64,000 nt of DNA from an uncultured delta proteobacterium (GTDB lineage: Bacteria > Myxococcota_A > Polyangia > Fen-1088), in NCBI GenBank assembly GCA_963737265.1, contig CAVTRY010000007.1:320001-384000 (forward strand). The letters are read 5' to 3'. Positions 49,539-61,417 of this stretch are shown piece after piece. Below the pieces are notes generated by a model. It saw nothing but the letters and a program-made list of their open reading frames with translations, had not been told where the DNA came from and did no database searches. Position numbers and translations under genes: made by a program. Within the stretch, counting starts at the first letter, position 1, and the number at the start of each line of letters is the position of its first letter.

Positions 49539-51171
49539 ATGAGCGAGAAGCCCAGCGCCAAGCGAGCCCAGAAGCCGTCGAGCCGGCCCGTACAGGGGCG
49601 GCTTCGCCGTCGGTGACGCGGGGCACCTCGTCGTCTTCGACACGACCCTGCGTGACGGCGAGCAGTCGCCGGGGATCTCGCTCGACGTCGCCGAGAAGCT
49701 CGAGATCGCCGAGCAGCTGGCCCGGGCGGGCGTCGACTACATCGAGGCCGGCTTCCCGGTGGCGAGCCAGGGCGACTTCGAAGCGGTGCAGGCCATCGCC
49801 CGGTCTGTCGGCAACGGCCCGCGACGCCCCGGCCATCTGCGGCCTGTCGCGGACCCAGCTCTCCGACGTCGACCGCTGCTGGGAGGCGGTGCGCGACGCG
49901 GCGCGGGCCCGCATCCACGTGTTCATCTCGACGAGCCCCCAGCACATGGAGCACATGCTCAAGATGAACGAGGCCCAGGTGCTGGCCGAGACGCGTGGCG
50001 GCGTGGCCCGCGCCCGGGAGCACACCGACGACGTCGAGTTCAGCCCCCAGGACGCGACCCGCACACCTCTCGACTTCATGCTGGAGGTGCTGCGGGCCTC
50101 GGTCGAGGCCGGCGCCACCACGCTGAACATCCCCGACACCGTCGGGTACGGCATTCCCTGGGACTTCGGCGCCCTGATCCAGCACATCCGCAAGGAGGTG
50201 CCCGGCGACTACGTGCTGTCGACCCACTGCCACAACGACCTCGGGCTCGCCACCGCCAACACCCTGGCCGGCGTGCAGGCCGGAGCACGCCAGGTCGAGG
50301 TGTGTGTCAACGGCCTGGGCGAGCGCGCCGGGAACGCCGCGCTCGAGGAGGTCGTCATGGCGCTGCGGATCCGTCCCGATCAGTTCCCCGGCGTCACCAC
50401 GACGGTGCGCACCGAGGAGCTGGCGCGTGCCTCGCGGCTGGTGGCCCGACTGACGGGCTACCCGGTCCAGTACAACAAGGCGGTCGTGGGCCGCAACGCC
50501 TTCGCCCACGAGTCCGGCATCCACCAGCACGGGGTCCTCGCCGACCGCTCGACCTACGAGATCATCGACGCCGCCAGCGTGGGCAGGTCGGACGCCAGAT
50601 CGTCATGGGCAAGCACTCGGGACGCCACGCCTTCGCCGACACGCTCGAGAAGATGGGGATCCACGTCCAGGGCGACGGGCTCAACCAGGCGTTCACCCGG
50701 TTCAAGGAGCTGGCCGACCGCAAGGTCGAGATCACCGAGGCCGACCTCGAGGCGATCGTGGCCGAGGAGCTCGGCCAGGACCTGGTCGAGGGGTTCCATC
50801 TCGAGGCGCTCGAGGTGGCCGGCGGCACCGTCGGCATGCCCCGGGCCCGCGTCGTGGTGAGCCGCTCGGGGGACAAGGTGGAGGCCGCGGCCGAGGGCAA
50901 CGGCATGATCGACGCGGCGTGCACCGCCATCCGTGCCGCGACGGAGGTGGAGTCACGGCTCATCGGGTTCAACGTCTCGTCGGTGACGGCGGCGTCGACG
51001 CCCTCGGCGACGTCGTCGTCCAGCTCGAGGACCGACGGGCTCAAGGTGTCGGGTCGTGGCGTCTCCACCGACGTCGTCGAAGCGTCGGCCCGCGCCTATC
51101 TGGCCGCGGTCAACCGGCTCGTCCGCATCCGGGCGCGCAACGAGCAGCGCGAGCTCGAGATCGGGCCGTGA
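49539..51171 (+). CDS. leuA: 2-isopropylmalate synthase (indels)
   Basis: [39 protein letters not shown]. Confidence 0.92.
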
Positions 51172-51227
51172 GGCCGTCCACGAGCGTCGCCCTCCGGCGG
51201 ACCTCGCGCCGCACGCTGCGACCGGGC

Positions 51228-51635
51228 TTACGCCGCTGGTACGACCTCGGCGTGCACTGCGGCACCGGCGCGCCCGGTCGGGGATCTCGCTCAGGCACTC
51301 CGGGCAGTCCCGCGTGCCGGGCTCGGCTTCCTGCCCCTTCCTGCGGCGCGCCGTCAGGGCGTTGATCGGCTTGACCACGAAGAAGAACACCGCCGCCGCG
51401 ATGAGCACGAACGAGATCAGGTCGTTCAGGAACGTCCCGTAGTGGAAGACGCTGCTGTGCACGGTGAACGATGAGGTTGGCGAATGAGTGCTTGCCCGGG
51501 ATGCGAGACAACGGAGTGAGCAGGTTCGTGCACGAACGAGGTCACCACGGCTCCGAAGGCAGCGCCGATGACGACCGCGACGGCCAGGTCGACCACGTTG
51601 CCCCGCAGGATGAATGCCTTGAAGTCCTTCAGCAT
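51228..51635 (-). CDS. mscL: Large-conductance mechanosensitive channel with C-terminal Cys motif (indels)
   Basis: [20 protein letters not shown]; CPECLSEIP. Confidence 0.9.
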
Positions 51636-51789
51636 GGTGCCTCCTCTTTCGTGGGTTCGGCCCTGTCAGCCTGCCAGCCCCGCCAGCGCTGCTACCGCTG
51701 ACGGCGCTGCGGTTCGATCTCTGCCGGTGCGACCGAATGGACGCCGCGGGGTCAGAGCCGCGACCCGGCTGCCAAGAGCCTCGGGCGGG

Positions 51790-51830
51790 GAGGGTGGGAT
51801 GAGGGTGGGATGACGGTGGGATGAGGTGGC
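51790..51830. repeat. About four copies of an 11-bp unit GAGGGTGGGAT
   Basis: Visible between leuD and mscL. Confidence 0.75.
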
Positions 51831-51905
51831 GGGACGCGGAGGCCGCGAGCCACGCTGGCAGAGGCGACGCGGACGGCGACGGCGATGGCGATGGCCGCCG
51901 GAGCC

Positions 51906-52504
51906 TCAGGCTGTGACGGTCGGCATCCAGGGAGAGCGGTGGCGCTCGTAGGCCGTGATGTCGTCTCCGTGGCGGAGGGTCAGCCCGATGTCGTCCCAGC
52001 CGTTGAGCAGGCGCTCGCGGGTGAACTCGTCGAGCGGGAACGAGCCGGCCAGCCCGGCCGCCGGTGCCTCGACGGTCCCGCGGGCGACGTCGATGGTCAG
52101 CTCGAGCGAGGGTCGGCCACACCGCGTCGAGCAGGGCCCGGCCCAGCTCCGGCTCGACCTCGACGGGAGCAGTCCCTGCTTCGTGCAGTTGTTGCGGAAG
52201 ATGTCGCGCGAAGCGAGGCGACACGACCGCCTCGAACCCGTAGTCGAGAAGCGCCCACACGGCGTGCTCCCGCGACGAGCCGGTGCCGAAGTTCGGGCCC
52301 GGCCACGAGGATGGTGGCGCCGGCGTACTCGGGCTGGTTCAGGACGAAGTCGCGGTCGTCGCGCCACTCCGCAGAACAGGCCCGCGCCGAACCCGGTGCG
52401 CTCGACGCGCTTGAGCCAGTCCGACGGGATGATCTGGTCGGTGTCGACGTCGGAGCGGTCGAGGGGAACGGCGCGTCCGGTGACGACGCGTGACGGGCTT
52501 CCAC
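51906..52504 (-). CDS. leuD: 3-isopropylmalate dehydratase small subunit (indels)
   Basis: [33 protein letters not shown]. Confidence 0.92.
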
Positions 52505-53938
52505 TGCGTGCTCCAGGCGTCGCGAGTCCCGGGGGTGGCGAAGTGGCCGGCGACGGCGGTGGCGGCCGCCACGGCGGGGGACACGAGGTGGGTGCGCCCG
52601 CCCCGGCCCTGGCGTCCCTCGAAGTTCCGGTTCGAGGTCGACGCGCAGCGCTCGCCCACGGCGAGCTTGTCGGGGTTCATGGCCAGGCACATCGAGCAGC
52701 CCGGCTCGCGCCACTCGAAGCCGGCGGCGACGAAGACCTTGTCGAGCCCCTCGGCCTCGGCCTGGGCCTTCACGCGGTGCGACCCGGGCACGACGAGGGC
52801 CCGCATGCCCGCTGCGGACGTGGCGGCCGTCGAGCACCGCCGCGGCGGCCCGGAGGTCCTCGATGCGCGAGTTGGTGCACGACCCGATGAACACGGTGTC
52901 GACCGCGATGTCGCGCATCGGCGGTTCCCGCCGTCAGCCCCATGTACTCCAGCGCCCGGGCGGCGGCCTCGCGCTCGGCCGGGTCGGCGAAGCTCGACGG
53001 GTCGGGGACGGCGCCCGTCGATGGGGACCACCTGGCCGGGTTCGTCCCCCACGTGACGTGGGGGCGGATGGCCGACGGCGTCGATGGTCACGGTCTTGTC
53101 GAAGACCGCGCCGTCGTCGGTGGCGAGCGTGCGCCAGTCCTCGAGCGCCCGCTCCCACAGCTTGCCCTGTGGGCGCGTGGGGCCGGCCCTCGAGGTAGGC
53201 GAACGTCGTGTCGTCGGGAGCGATCATCCCGGCCCGGGCGCCGGCCTCGATGGACATGTTGCACACCGTCATCCGGCCTTCCATCGACAGGGCCCGGATG
53301 GCCGGGCCGCGGTACTCGATGACGTGGCCCATGCCGCCGCCGGTGCCGATGCGCCCGATGATGGCGAGCACGATGTCCTTGGCGGTGACACCGGCGGGCA
53401 GCGTCGCCGTCGACCTCGACGGCCATGGTCGTCGGCCGCGTCTGGGGCAGCGTCTGGGTGGCGAGGACGTGCTCGACCTCGGACGTGCCGATCCCGAACG
53501 CGAGCGCGCCGAAGGCGCCGTGGGTCGAGGTGTGGCTGTCGCCGCACACGATGGTCATGCCCGGCTGGGTCAGGCCCAGCTCGGGCCCGATGACGTGGAC
53601 GATGCCCTGGTTGGCGTGGCCCATCGGGTAGCAGGTGATGCCGAACTCGGCGCAGTTGGCCGCCAGCACCTCGAGCTGCCGGGCCGAGACCGGGTCGGCG
53701 ACGGGCTTGTCGATGTCGGTGGTCGGGACGTTGTGGTCGGCGGTGGCGACGGTGAGCTCGGGGTGGCGCACCGTCCGGCCCGCCAGCCGCAGCCCGTCGA
53801 AGGCCTGCGGCGAGGTGACCTCGTGCACCAGATGCAGGTCGATGAAGAGCAGATCGGGCTCGCCGTCGGCCGTGATGGACGAGGTGGCGGTCCCACACCT
53901 TGTCGCTGAGTGTGCGGGGCTTGCGCCGGCGCCGGCAT
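52490..53938 (-). CDS. leuC: 3-isopropylmalate dehydratase large subunit (indels)
   Basis: [54 protein letters not shown]. Confidence 0.93.
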
Positions 53939-53967
53939 CGGCTTGCCGACGTCGCTCGGACTCGGCG

Positions 53968-54451
53968 TCAGCTGCCGATCTGGACGATCTCGACCCGCAG
54001 CGTGCCGCCCGGGGCCTCGTACTCGACGACGTCGCCCGAGGTCTTGCCCAGCAGCGCCTGGCCCGAGGGGGAGCCGGGGGAGACGACGTTGAGCTCGTCG
54101 TGGCGCTCCTCGATCGACCCCACCAGGAACCGCTCGATCTCCTCGTCGCCTTCGTAGCGGATGGCCACGACCGAGCCGGCCGCCACCGTCTCGGAGCTGC
54201 CGACGGCCTCGTCGTCGACGATGACGGCGTGGCCGAGGGTGTGCTGGAGCTGGCGGATCGCGGGACTCCATCTTCCCCTGGGTGTCCTTGGCGGCGTGGT
54301 AGTCGCCGTTCTCGGACAGGTCGCCGAGGGCCCGGGCGGCCTCGATGGCACGCGCGATCTCGACCCGGCCCCGGGTGGTCAGGTCCTCGAGCTCGGCCTG
54401 CAGGCGGTCGTAGGTGGCCTGGGTGAGATGGGTGGATTCGTCGTCGGTCAC
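53968..54451 (-). CDS. greA: Transcription elongation factor GreA (indels)
   Basis: [17 protein letters not shown]; SPGSP...ALLGK. Confidence 0.92.
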
Positions 54452-54612
54452 GCCCACCAAGGGTACCGGCTCGGTCGGGCGCCTCGGTGGCGAGGCGCCT
54501 GCCGCGCTCCCGCTCCGACCGCCCTCCGCCTCGCCCCAGGCCGCCCGGGGCTCTGTGGTCGACGGGCGCGGGCGTGTGGTTGACGGGGGTCGGGCGCGAG
54601 ACTGGCTGTCCG

Positions 54613-54651
54613 ATGGGAACCCCGAGCACTCCCGTAATCATCATCGAATAG
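54613..54651 (+). CDS. Leader peptide [12 protein letters not shown]
   Basis: Intact 12-codon ORF with GTA ATC ATC ATC, directly before the attenuator hairpins. Confidence 0.8.
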   Translation: MGTPSTPVIIIE

Positions 54652-54712
54652 GCGCACACCTGACTGGTGTGCGCCTCCCCGACCGTCCACATCGTGGGCG
54701 GTTTTTCATTTT
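54650..54712 (+). terminator. Attenuator: hairpin plus intrinsic terminator upstream of leuB
   Basis: AGGCGCACACC-TGACT-GGTGTGCGCCT, then ACCGTCCAC-ATC-GTGGGCGGT-TTTTCATTTT. Confidence 0.82.
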
Positions 54713-54731
54713 CCGGGACGCCCGCCGAGGC

Positions 54732-54795
54732 CCGAGACACCACTGACCGAGAGACCACAGACCGAGAGACCCCAGACCGAGAAACGCCAGACAGG
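54732..54795 (+). repeat. About four copies of a 15-bp unit GACCGAGAGACCNCA
   Basis: Visible between the terminator and leuB. Confidence 0.8.
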
Positions 54796-54798
54796 ACG

Positions 54799-55849
54799 AT
54801 CGAGCACTCCCAGAGACCCACACGCGTGGCCGTGATCGGCGGCGACGGCATCGGCCCCGAGGTGCTGGCCGAGGCCCTGAAGGTGGTCGCCGCGGCCGGC
54901 GTCACCCTCGACACGACCGACTTCGAGCTCGGCGCCGCCCACTACCTGCGCACGGGCGAGGTGCTTCCCGACGCCACCCTCGAGGAGCTGCGGGCTTCGA
55001 CGCCATCCTCCTCGGGGCGGTGGGCCCGCCGGTGGGGTCGACCGACGTCCCCTCCGGGCCTGCTCGAGCGCGGCCTGCTGCTGCGGCTGCGCTTCGAGCT
55101 CGACCTGTACGTCAACCTGCGGCCCTTCGTCGGCATCGCCGGGGCGCCCGCGCCCGACTGCGACTTCGTCGTCGTGCGGGAGAACACCGAGGGGACCTAC
55201 GCCGGCGAGGGCGGGTTCCTGCGGCGCAAGGCACGCCCTACGAGGTGGCCACCCAGGGATCGGTGAACACCCGGATGGGCGTCGAGCGCTGCGTGCGGTT
55301 CGCCTTCGAGCTCGCCGTCGCGGCGTGCAGCGCCATCACCTCACCCTGGTGCACAAGACCAACGTCCTCACCTTCGCCGGCGACCTGTGGCAGCGGATCG
55401 TGGACGAGGTGGCCGCCGAGTACCCCGGGGTGACCCGCGACTACAACCACGTCGACGCGGCGTGCATCTACCTCGTCGAGCAGCCCGGCCGCTACGACGT
55501 CATCGTCACCGACAACCTCTTCGGCGACATCCTCACCGACCTGGCCGGCGCCGTGGCCGGCGGGATCGGGTTCGCCGCCTCGGCCAACCTGAACCCGGCC
55601 CGCACCGGGCCGTCGCTGTTCGAGCCCGTCCACGGTGCCGCCCACGACATCGCCGGCACCGGCACCGCCAACCCGGTGGCCGCCGATCCGCTCGGCCGCC
55701 CTCATGCTCGAGCATCTGGGCGAGGTCGACGCGGCCGAGCGCATCACCAAGGCCGTCACCGCCTATCTGGCCGAGCACCGTCGACCGGTCGCCGTCCTCC
55801 GTTCCCGTCCACCGTCGCCGTCGGCGACGCCATTGCAGAAAGGCTCTGA
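54799..55849 (+). CDS. leuB: 3-isopropylmalate dehydrogenase (indels; start approximate)
   Basis: [40 protein letters not shown]. Confidence 0.9.
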
Positions 55850-55853
55850 GCCC

Positions 55854-56785
55854 GTGCCCATCACCCCGACCGAGAAGATCTGGCTCGACGGCGAGCTCGT
55901 CGACTGGGACAAGGCGCGCATCCACGTGCTCACCCATTCGCTCCACTACGGCTCGGGCGTGTTCGAGGGCATCCGCGCCTACCCGACCAGCCGGGGCGTG
56001 GCGGTGTTCCGGCTCACCGACCACATCAACCGCCTGTTCACCTCGGCCAAGGTGTTCATGATCGACATGCCCTACAGCGCCCGACGAGCTCGTCGCGGCC
56101 AGCAAGGAGGTCGTGCGCGTGAACGGGCTCGACGACGGCTGCTACCTCCGGCCCATCGTCTACCTCGGGTACGGCGAGATGGGGCTCAACCCCTTGCCGT
56201 GTCCCGTCAGCGTGGCCATCGCCGCCTGGCCGTGGGGCACGTACCTGGGCGACGAGGGCGTGGCCAACGGCATCCGCCTCAAGGTGTCGCTCGTGGCAGC
56301 GCCACGACCCCAACGCCGTGCCGACGGCGGCCAAGGGGACGGGCATGTACGTGAACTCCTCGCTGGCCAAGGTCGAGGCGCTGAAGGCCGGCTACGACGA
56401 GGCGGTGCTGCTCGCCCCCGACGGCCGGGTGTCGGAGTGCACGGGCGAGAACATCTTCATCGTCCAGGGGCGGCGCATCGTCACCCCGCCCACCTCGGAG
56501 TCCGGCGCGCTGGCGGGCATCACCCAGGACTCGGTGCGGACCATCGCCGCCGACCTCGGCTACGAGTACGCCACCGAGGCGCTCATCCGCACCGACCTCT
56601 ACACCGCCGACGAGGCCTTCCTCACCGGCACCGCGGCCGAGGTCGTCCCCATCCGCGAGGTCGACGACCGCACCGTCGGGACCGGGCGGCCGGGCCCGGT
56701 GACCAAGCACATCCAGGACACCTACTTCGCGACCGTCCGGGGCGAGGTGGACCGCTACAAGGACTGGCTCGAACATGTCGAGTGA
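55854..56785 (+). CDS. ilvE: Branched-chain amino acid aminotransferase (indels)
   Basis: LHYGSGVFEGIRAY, ECTGENIF, LAGIT, FLTGTAAEV. Confidence 0.92.
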
Positions 56786-56836
56786 CCCCGCCGGAGGCGC
56801 GGCGAGCAGGGTCGTCCGGCGCCGGCGTCAAGGGAA

Positions 56837-58567
56837 ATGGCGCAATCCTCCGGGAACGAGCCACAGCCAGGGCACCCACGGCCGCACGCCAGCCACGGCT
56901 TCGACCTGCCGGTGCTGCCCGAGGCCGTCGACATCTTCGACACGACGCTGCGCGACGGGTCCCAGCAAGAGGGCCTGTCGCTCACCGTGGACGACAAGCT
57001 CCGCGTGGCCGAGCAGCTCGACCACCTCGGCGTCACCTTCATCGAGGGGGGATGGCCCGGAGCCAACCCCAAGGACGAGGAGTTCTTCGCCCGGGCCCCG
57101 GCCGAGCTCCGCCTGTCGACCGCCACCCTGGTCGCCTTCGGGTCCACGCGCCGGGCCGGCGTGCGGGCCGAGGACGACGAGGTCCTGCGCCAACTGGTCA
57201 AGGCCAACACCGAGGCCGTCTGCATCGTGGCCAAGGCCTCGAAGCTCCATGTCACCGAGGCGCTGCGCACGACACTCGACGAGGCCGTCGCGATGGCAGC
57301 GGACTCGGTGCGTTCCTCCGGGACCACGACCTGCGGGTGTTCTTCGACGCCGAGCACTTCTTCGACGGCTTCCGCGACGACCCGACGTTCACCCTGCGTG
57401 ATCCTGCGCGCCGCGGAGGAAGCCGGGGCCGAGGCCCTCGTGCTGTGCGACACCAACGGTGGCACCCTCCCCCACGACGTCGAGCGCATCGTGGCCGGCG
57501 TGGTGGCCGACTTCGAGTGCCAGGTCGGCGTGCACTTCCACAACGACTCCGGCTGTGCCGTGGCCAACTCGATCGCCGGGGTCCGGGCCGGTGCGACCCA
57601 CGTCCAGGGATGCGTGAACGGGTACGGCGAGCGGACCGGCAACGCCGACCTCTCCGCTGCGATCCCCAACCTGTCGTTGAAGCTCAACGTCCGCACCATC
57701 CCCGCGGAGCGTCTCGAGCGGATCACGCCGGTCTCGCACCACATCGCCGAGCTCGTGAACCTCGCGCCCAACCCGCAACAGCCCTATGTGGGCAGCGCAG
57801 CCTTCGCCCACAAGGCGGGACTGCACACCAGTGCGATCGCCCGCCGCCGCGACGCGTACGAGCACGTCGCCGCCCGACGCCGTCGGCAACGGGACCCGCT
57901 TCGTCGTGTCGGAGATGGCCGGGCGGTCGACGTTGGCGCTCAAGGCCGAGGAGCTCGGCCTCGAGCTCGACTCCGACGCGTCGTCGAGCGTGCTCGACAC
58001 CTGAAGGCCCTCGAGTACCGCGGCTACCACTTCGAGGTCGCCGACGGATCGCTCGAGCTCCTGCTGCGCAAGGCGACGGGGTGGGAGCCCGACTACTTCG
58101 AGGTCGAGTCGTTCCGGGTCATCAACGACCACGACGATCCCCACGACGGAGCCGGCGGCGACGTGGCCGCCACACCACCGAGGCGACGGTCAGGATCCGC
58201 GTCGGCGACGCCCGCGTGGTGGCCACGGCCGAGGGCAACGGCCCCATCAACGCGCTGGACTCCGCGCTGCGCCAGGCCATCGGGGCCCACTTCCCGAAGC
58301 TGTCGGCTGTCCATCTCGTCGACTACCGGGTGCGCGTGCTCGACACGGGAAGGGGACGGGCGCGGTCACCCGGGTCCTGATCGACACCAGCGACGGCGAG
58401 CGCGTATGGACCACGATCGGTGTGTCGGAGAACATCATCGAGGCCTCCTGGCAGGCCCTTTTCGACTCGATCGTCTACGGTCTGCTCCACGGATCCCGGG
58501 AGCGCCGGTTCCCCCACGACCGGCACCGAACCCTCACATGACCAGCCGAACATACCCGAACACATGA
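56837..58567 (+). CDS. cimA: Citramalate synthase (indels; end approximate)
   Basis: [57 protein letters not shown]. Confidence 0.88.
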   Translation: MAQSSGNEPQPGHPRPHASHGFDLPVLPEAVDIFDTTLRDGSQQEGLSLTVDDKLRVAEQLDHLGVTFIEGGWPGANPKDEEFFARAPAELRLSTATLVAFGSTRRAGVRAEDDEVLRQLVKANTEAVCIVAKASKLHVTEALRTTLDEAVAMAADSVRSSGTTTCGCSSTPSTSSTASATTRRSPCVILRAAEEAGAEALVLCDTNGGTLPHDVERIVAGVVADFECQVGVHFHNDSGCAVANSIAGVRAGATHVQGCVNGYGERTGNADLSAAIPNLSLKLNVRTIPAERLERITPVSHHIAELVNLAPNPQQPYVGSAAFAHKAGLHTSAIARRRDAYEHVAARRRRQRDPLRRVGDGRAVDVGAQGRGARPRARLRRVVERARHLKALEYRGYHFEVADGSLELLLRKATGWEPDYFEVESFRVINDHDDPHDGAGGDVAATPPRRRSGSASATPAWWPRPRATAPSTRWTPRCARPSGPTSRSCRLSISSTTGCACSTREGDGRGHPGPDRHQRRRARMDHDRCVGEHHRGLLAGPFRLDRLRSAPRIPGAPVPPRPAPNPHMTSRTYPNT

Positions 58568-58596
58568 CCCAGCCGAACACATGACCCAGCCGAACT
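58535..58596 (+). repeat. Tandem copies of CACATGACCCAGCCGAA spanning a start codon
   Basis: Three copies (first imperfect) plus a partial copy. Confidence 0.8.
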
Positions 58597-59107
58597 TCGT
58601 GCCGATCGTCGAGACCGACCAGGTCCGGCCCTCGTACCGCCTCCGCACCCCGCTCGACTGGCGCGCCGGTCGCGTGGCGGACCTGCGCGGGCCCGAGACG
58701 CCCGCGGCCGGGAACTGGGCGTGCCCGGTCCCGACCAGGGATACGCCCTGCTCCTCGCCCACACCCTGTTCGAGGACAGGATCGAGCTCACCGACGGCAT
58801 CACGGCCGAGGACGCCCTGGTGGGGTGTGCCGGGGTGGCGAGCCGGCGCGCTTCGCTGTTCGGGCGGGCGCCCGTGGCCAAGGACATCGAGCTGGCGCTG
58901 GTGCTGTTCGGGTTCCTGGGCGGCGCGCCCGCCGAACTCGTCGCCTGGAGGGCACCGCTGTTCGAGGCGGCCGCGCACCACTACCAGCAGCAGCGGGCCA
59001 TCGCCGGCGCGGTGTCGGAAGAGACGTTGCGCCTGAGCCCGGCCGAGGTGCGGGCTCGGCTGTCGGACTGGCGCTCCATGCTGGCGCCCTCGGCCCTCGC
59101 CTCCTGA
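58581..59107 (+). CDS. Conserved hypothetical protein (indel)
   Basis: PGPDQGYAL...RRASLFGRAP...AAHHY; strong coding codon bias. Confidence 0.65.
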
Positions 59108-59147
59108 TCCACGGCAGCGGGCCGGACTCGACACCGGACGTCTGCGA

Positions 59148-59196
59148 GCTCCGACAGCTCCGACAACTCCGACAGCTCCGACAACTCCGACAGCTC
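59148..59196 (+). repeat. Five copies of 9-bp CTCCGACA(G/A)
   Basis: Alternating G/A variants just before ATG 59206. Confidence 0.88.
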
Positions 59197-59205
59197 GGCA
59201 CCGGG

Positions 59206-60091
59206 ATGCAACAGCTCGAAGTCACCGCCAACGGGTTCACCTTCGACGCGGTGGAGTCCGGACCGAGTGACGGCCGGCCTGTCGTGCTGCTGCACGGATT
59301 CCCCCAGACCACGTTCTCGTGGCACCACCAGATGGAGGCCCTCGGCGCGGCGGGATACCGCGGGCTCGCCTTCGACCAGCGCGGGTACTCCCCCCGTGCC
59401 CGGCCCCCCGTCGGTGGAGGACTACCGCATCGGCGAGCTCGTCGGTGACGTACTGGCGGTGGCGGACCGCTGGGGTCTGGACCGTTTCGATCTCGTCGGC
59501 CACGACTGGGGTGCCATGGTGGCCTGGGTCGTGGCGGCCCGGCATCCCGATCGCGTGCGAACGCTCACTGCCGTGTCGGTGCCCCATCCCCGCGCCTTCG
59601 CCGCCGCCTTCGGCGCAAACGAGAGCGCCGCCGGGGGCCGCGCCGACGAGGACCAGCGCCAACGCTCGTCCTACATCCAGGTGTTCCGGGCCGAGGGCGG
59701 GGTGGCGGAGCGGGCCCTGCTGGGCGAGGACGGCTCGGGCGACGGGCTCCGGGCGATGTTCGACGCGAGCGGGCTCCCTTCGGACACCGAGGAGGTGCGC
59801 CGGTTCACGGCCGCCATGCTCGAGCCCGGCGCGCTCACCGCCGCGCTCAATTGGTACCGAGCCACCGAGCCCCATTCACTCAGTGACGTGGGCGCGATCA
59901 CGGTCCCCACCCTCTACGTCTGGTCCGACAACGACATCGCCCTCGGGGCCAAGGCCGCGTACGCCACGGTGGACTGGGTGTCGGCGCCGTACCGGTTCGA
60001 GGTCCTGGCCGGGGTCAGCCACTGGATCCCCGAAACGGCGCCGCCGGAGCTCAACCGCCTGCTGTTGGAGCATCTCGCCGCGCACGGGTAG
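59206..60091 (+). CDS. Alpha/beta hydrolase, epoxide hydrolase-like (indel near 59405)
   Basis: LLHGFP, DQRGYS, VGHDWGA, SHWIPE. Confidence 0.9.
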
Positions 60092-60172
60092 GAGCGACGC
60101 CGCGGCCGGGCCACCCGGCGAGCACCTGGGGTGGAGCACCAGGCAGCGCTCGGAGGGCGCGAGACTGACGGT

Positions 60173-61328
60173 ATGGACCAGGCACCGGCTTTCGCACTCA
60201 CCGACACGCACAAGCAGTTCCGCGCCGCGGTCCGCCAGATGTGCGAGGAGCGGATCGCACCGCACGCGGCCGAGGTGGACCGGGACGCGGCGTTCCCGTG
60301 GGACGGGTTCAAGGCGTCGGTGGAGATGGAGCTGCCCGCCCTCGGGTTGCCGGTGAGCTACGGCGGCGCCGGAGCCGATCACGTCACCCAGGCGATCATG
60401 GTCGAAGAGCTGGCCCGGGTGTGCGCCTCGACGAGCGTCACCATGCTCATCTCCAAACTCAGCATGATGCCCATCTTCAACTGGGGCACCGAGGAGCTGC
60501 GCCAGAAGTACGTCCCGCGCGTCGCGTCGGGCGACGCCCAGGCGAGCTACTGCCTGTCGGAGGCCGATGCCGGCAGCGATGTCGCCGCCATGCGGTGCCG
60601 GGCCGTCCGTGACGGCGACCACTACATTCTGTCGGGCACCAAGTACTGGATCACCAACGCCGGGGCCTCCGACATCTACACCGTTTTCGCCAAGACCGAT
60701 CCCGACGCCGGCCACCGGGGCATCAGCTGCTTCGTGATCGAGGCCGACTGGGGCGTGCAGCGTCGCCAAGCTCGAGCACAAGATGGGCTTGCGGGGCAGT
60801 CCCACGGGCGAGGTCGTCCTCGACGACGTCCGGGTACCCGTCGAGAACCGGGTGGGCGAGGAGGGCCAGGGCTTCACCATCGCCATGCACACCCTCGACC
60901 GCAGCCGCCCCACCATCGGCGCCCAGGCCGTCGGCATCGCCCAGGGCGCGATCGACTACGCGGCGCAGTACATGAAGCAGCGCAAGGCGTTCGGTCAGCC
61001 CATCGCCGACTTCCAGGGGCTGCGCTTCATGCTGGCCGACATGGCGATGCGGACAGAGGCGGCGCGCACTCTCGTCTATCGGGCGTGCTCGGTCATCGAC
61101 GCGGGTGATCCCGACCACGAGCTCTCGATGGTCGGTGCCATGGCGAAGTGCTTCGCCTCGGACACGGCCATGGCGGTGACCACCGATGCCGTCCAACTCC
61201 TGGGTGGGTACGGCTACACCACCGACTTCCCGGCCGAGCGCTTCATGCGCGACGCCAAGATCACGCAAATCTACGAAGGCACCAACCAGATCCAGCGCGT
61301 GGTGATCTCCAAGAAGCTGCTCGGGTAG
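60173..61328 (+). CDS. Acyl-CoA dehydrogenase (indel near 60760)
   Basis: [42 protein letters not shown]. Confidence 0.93.
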
Positions 61329-61417
61329 CGATCGTCGTCGTCCGGATTGGTCCGGGTGGCGCGGCGGGCGGCGCCGCCTGGTCGTCGGTGCGTTGTCGTG
61401 CCACTATTACCGTTCGA

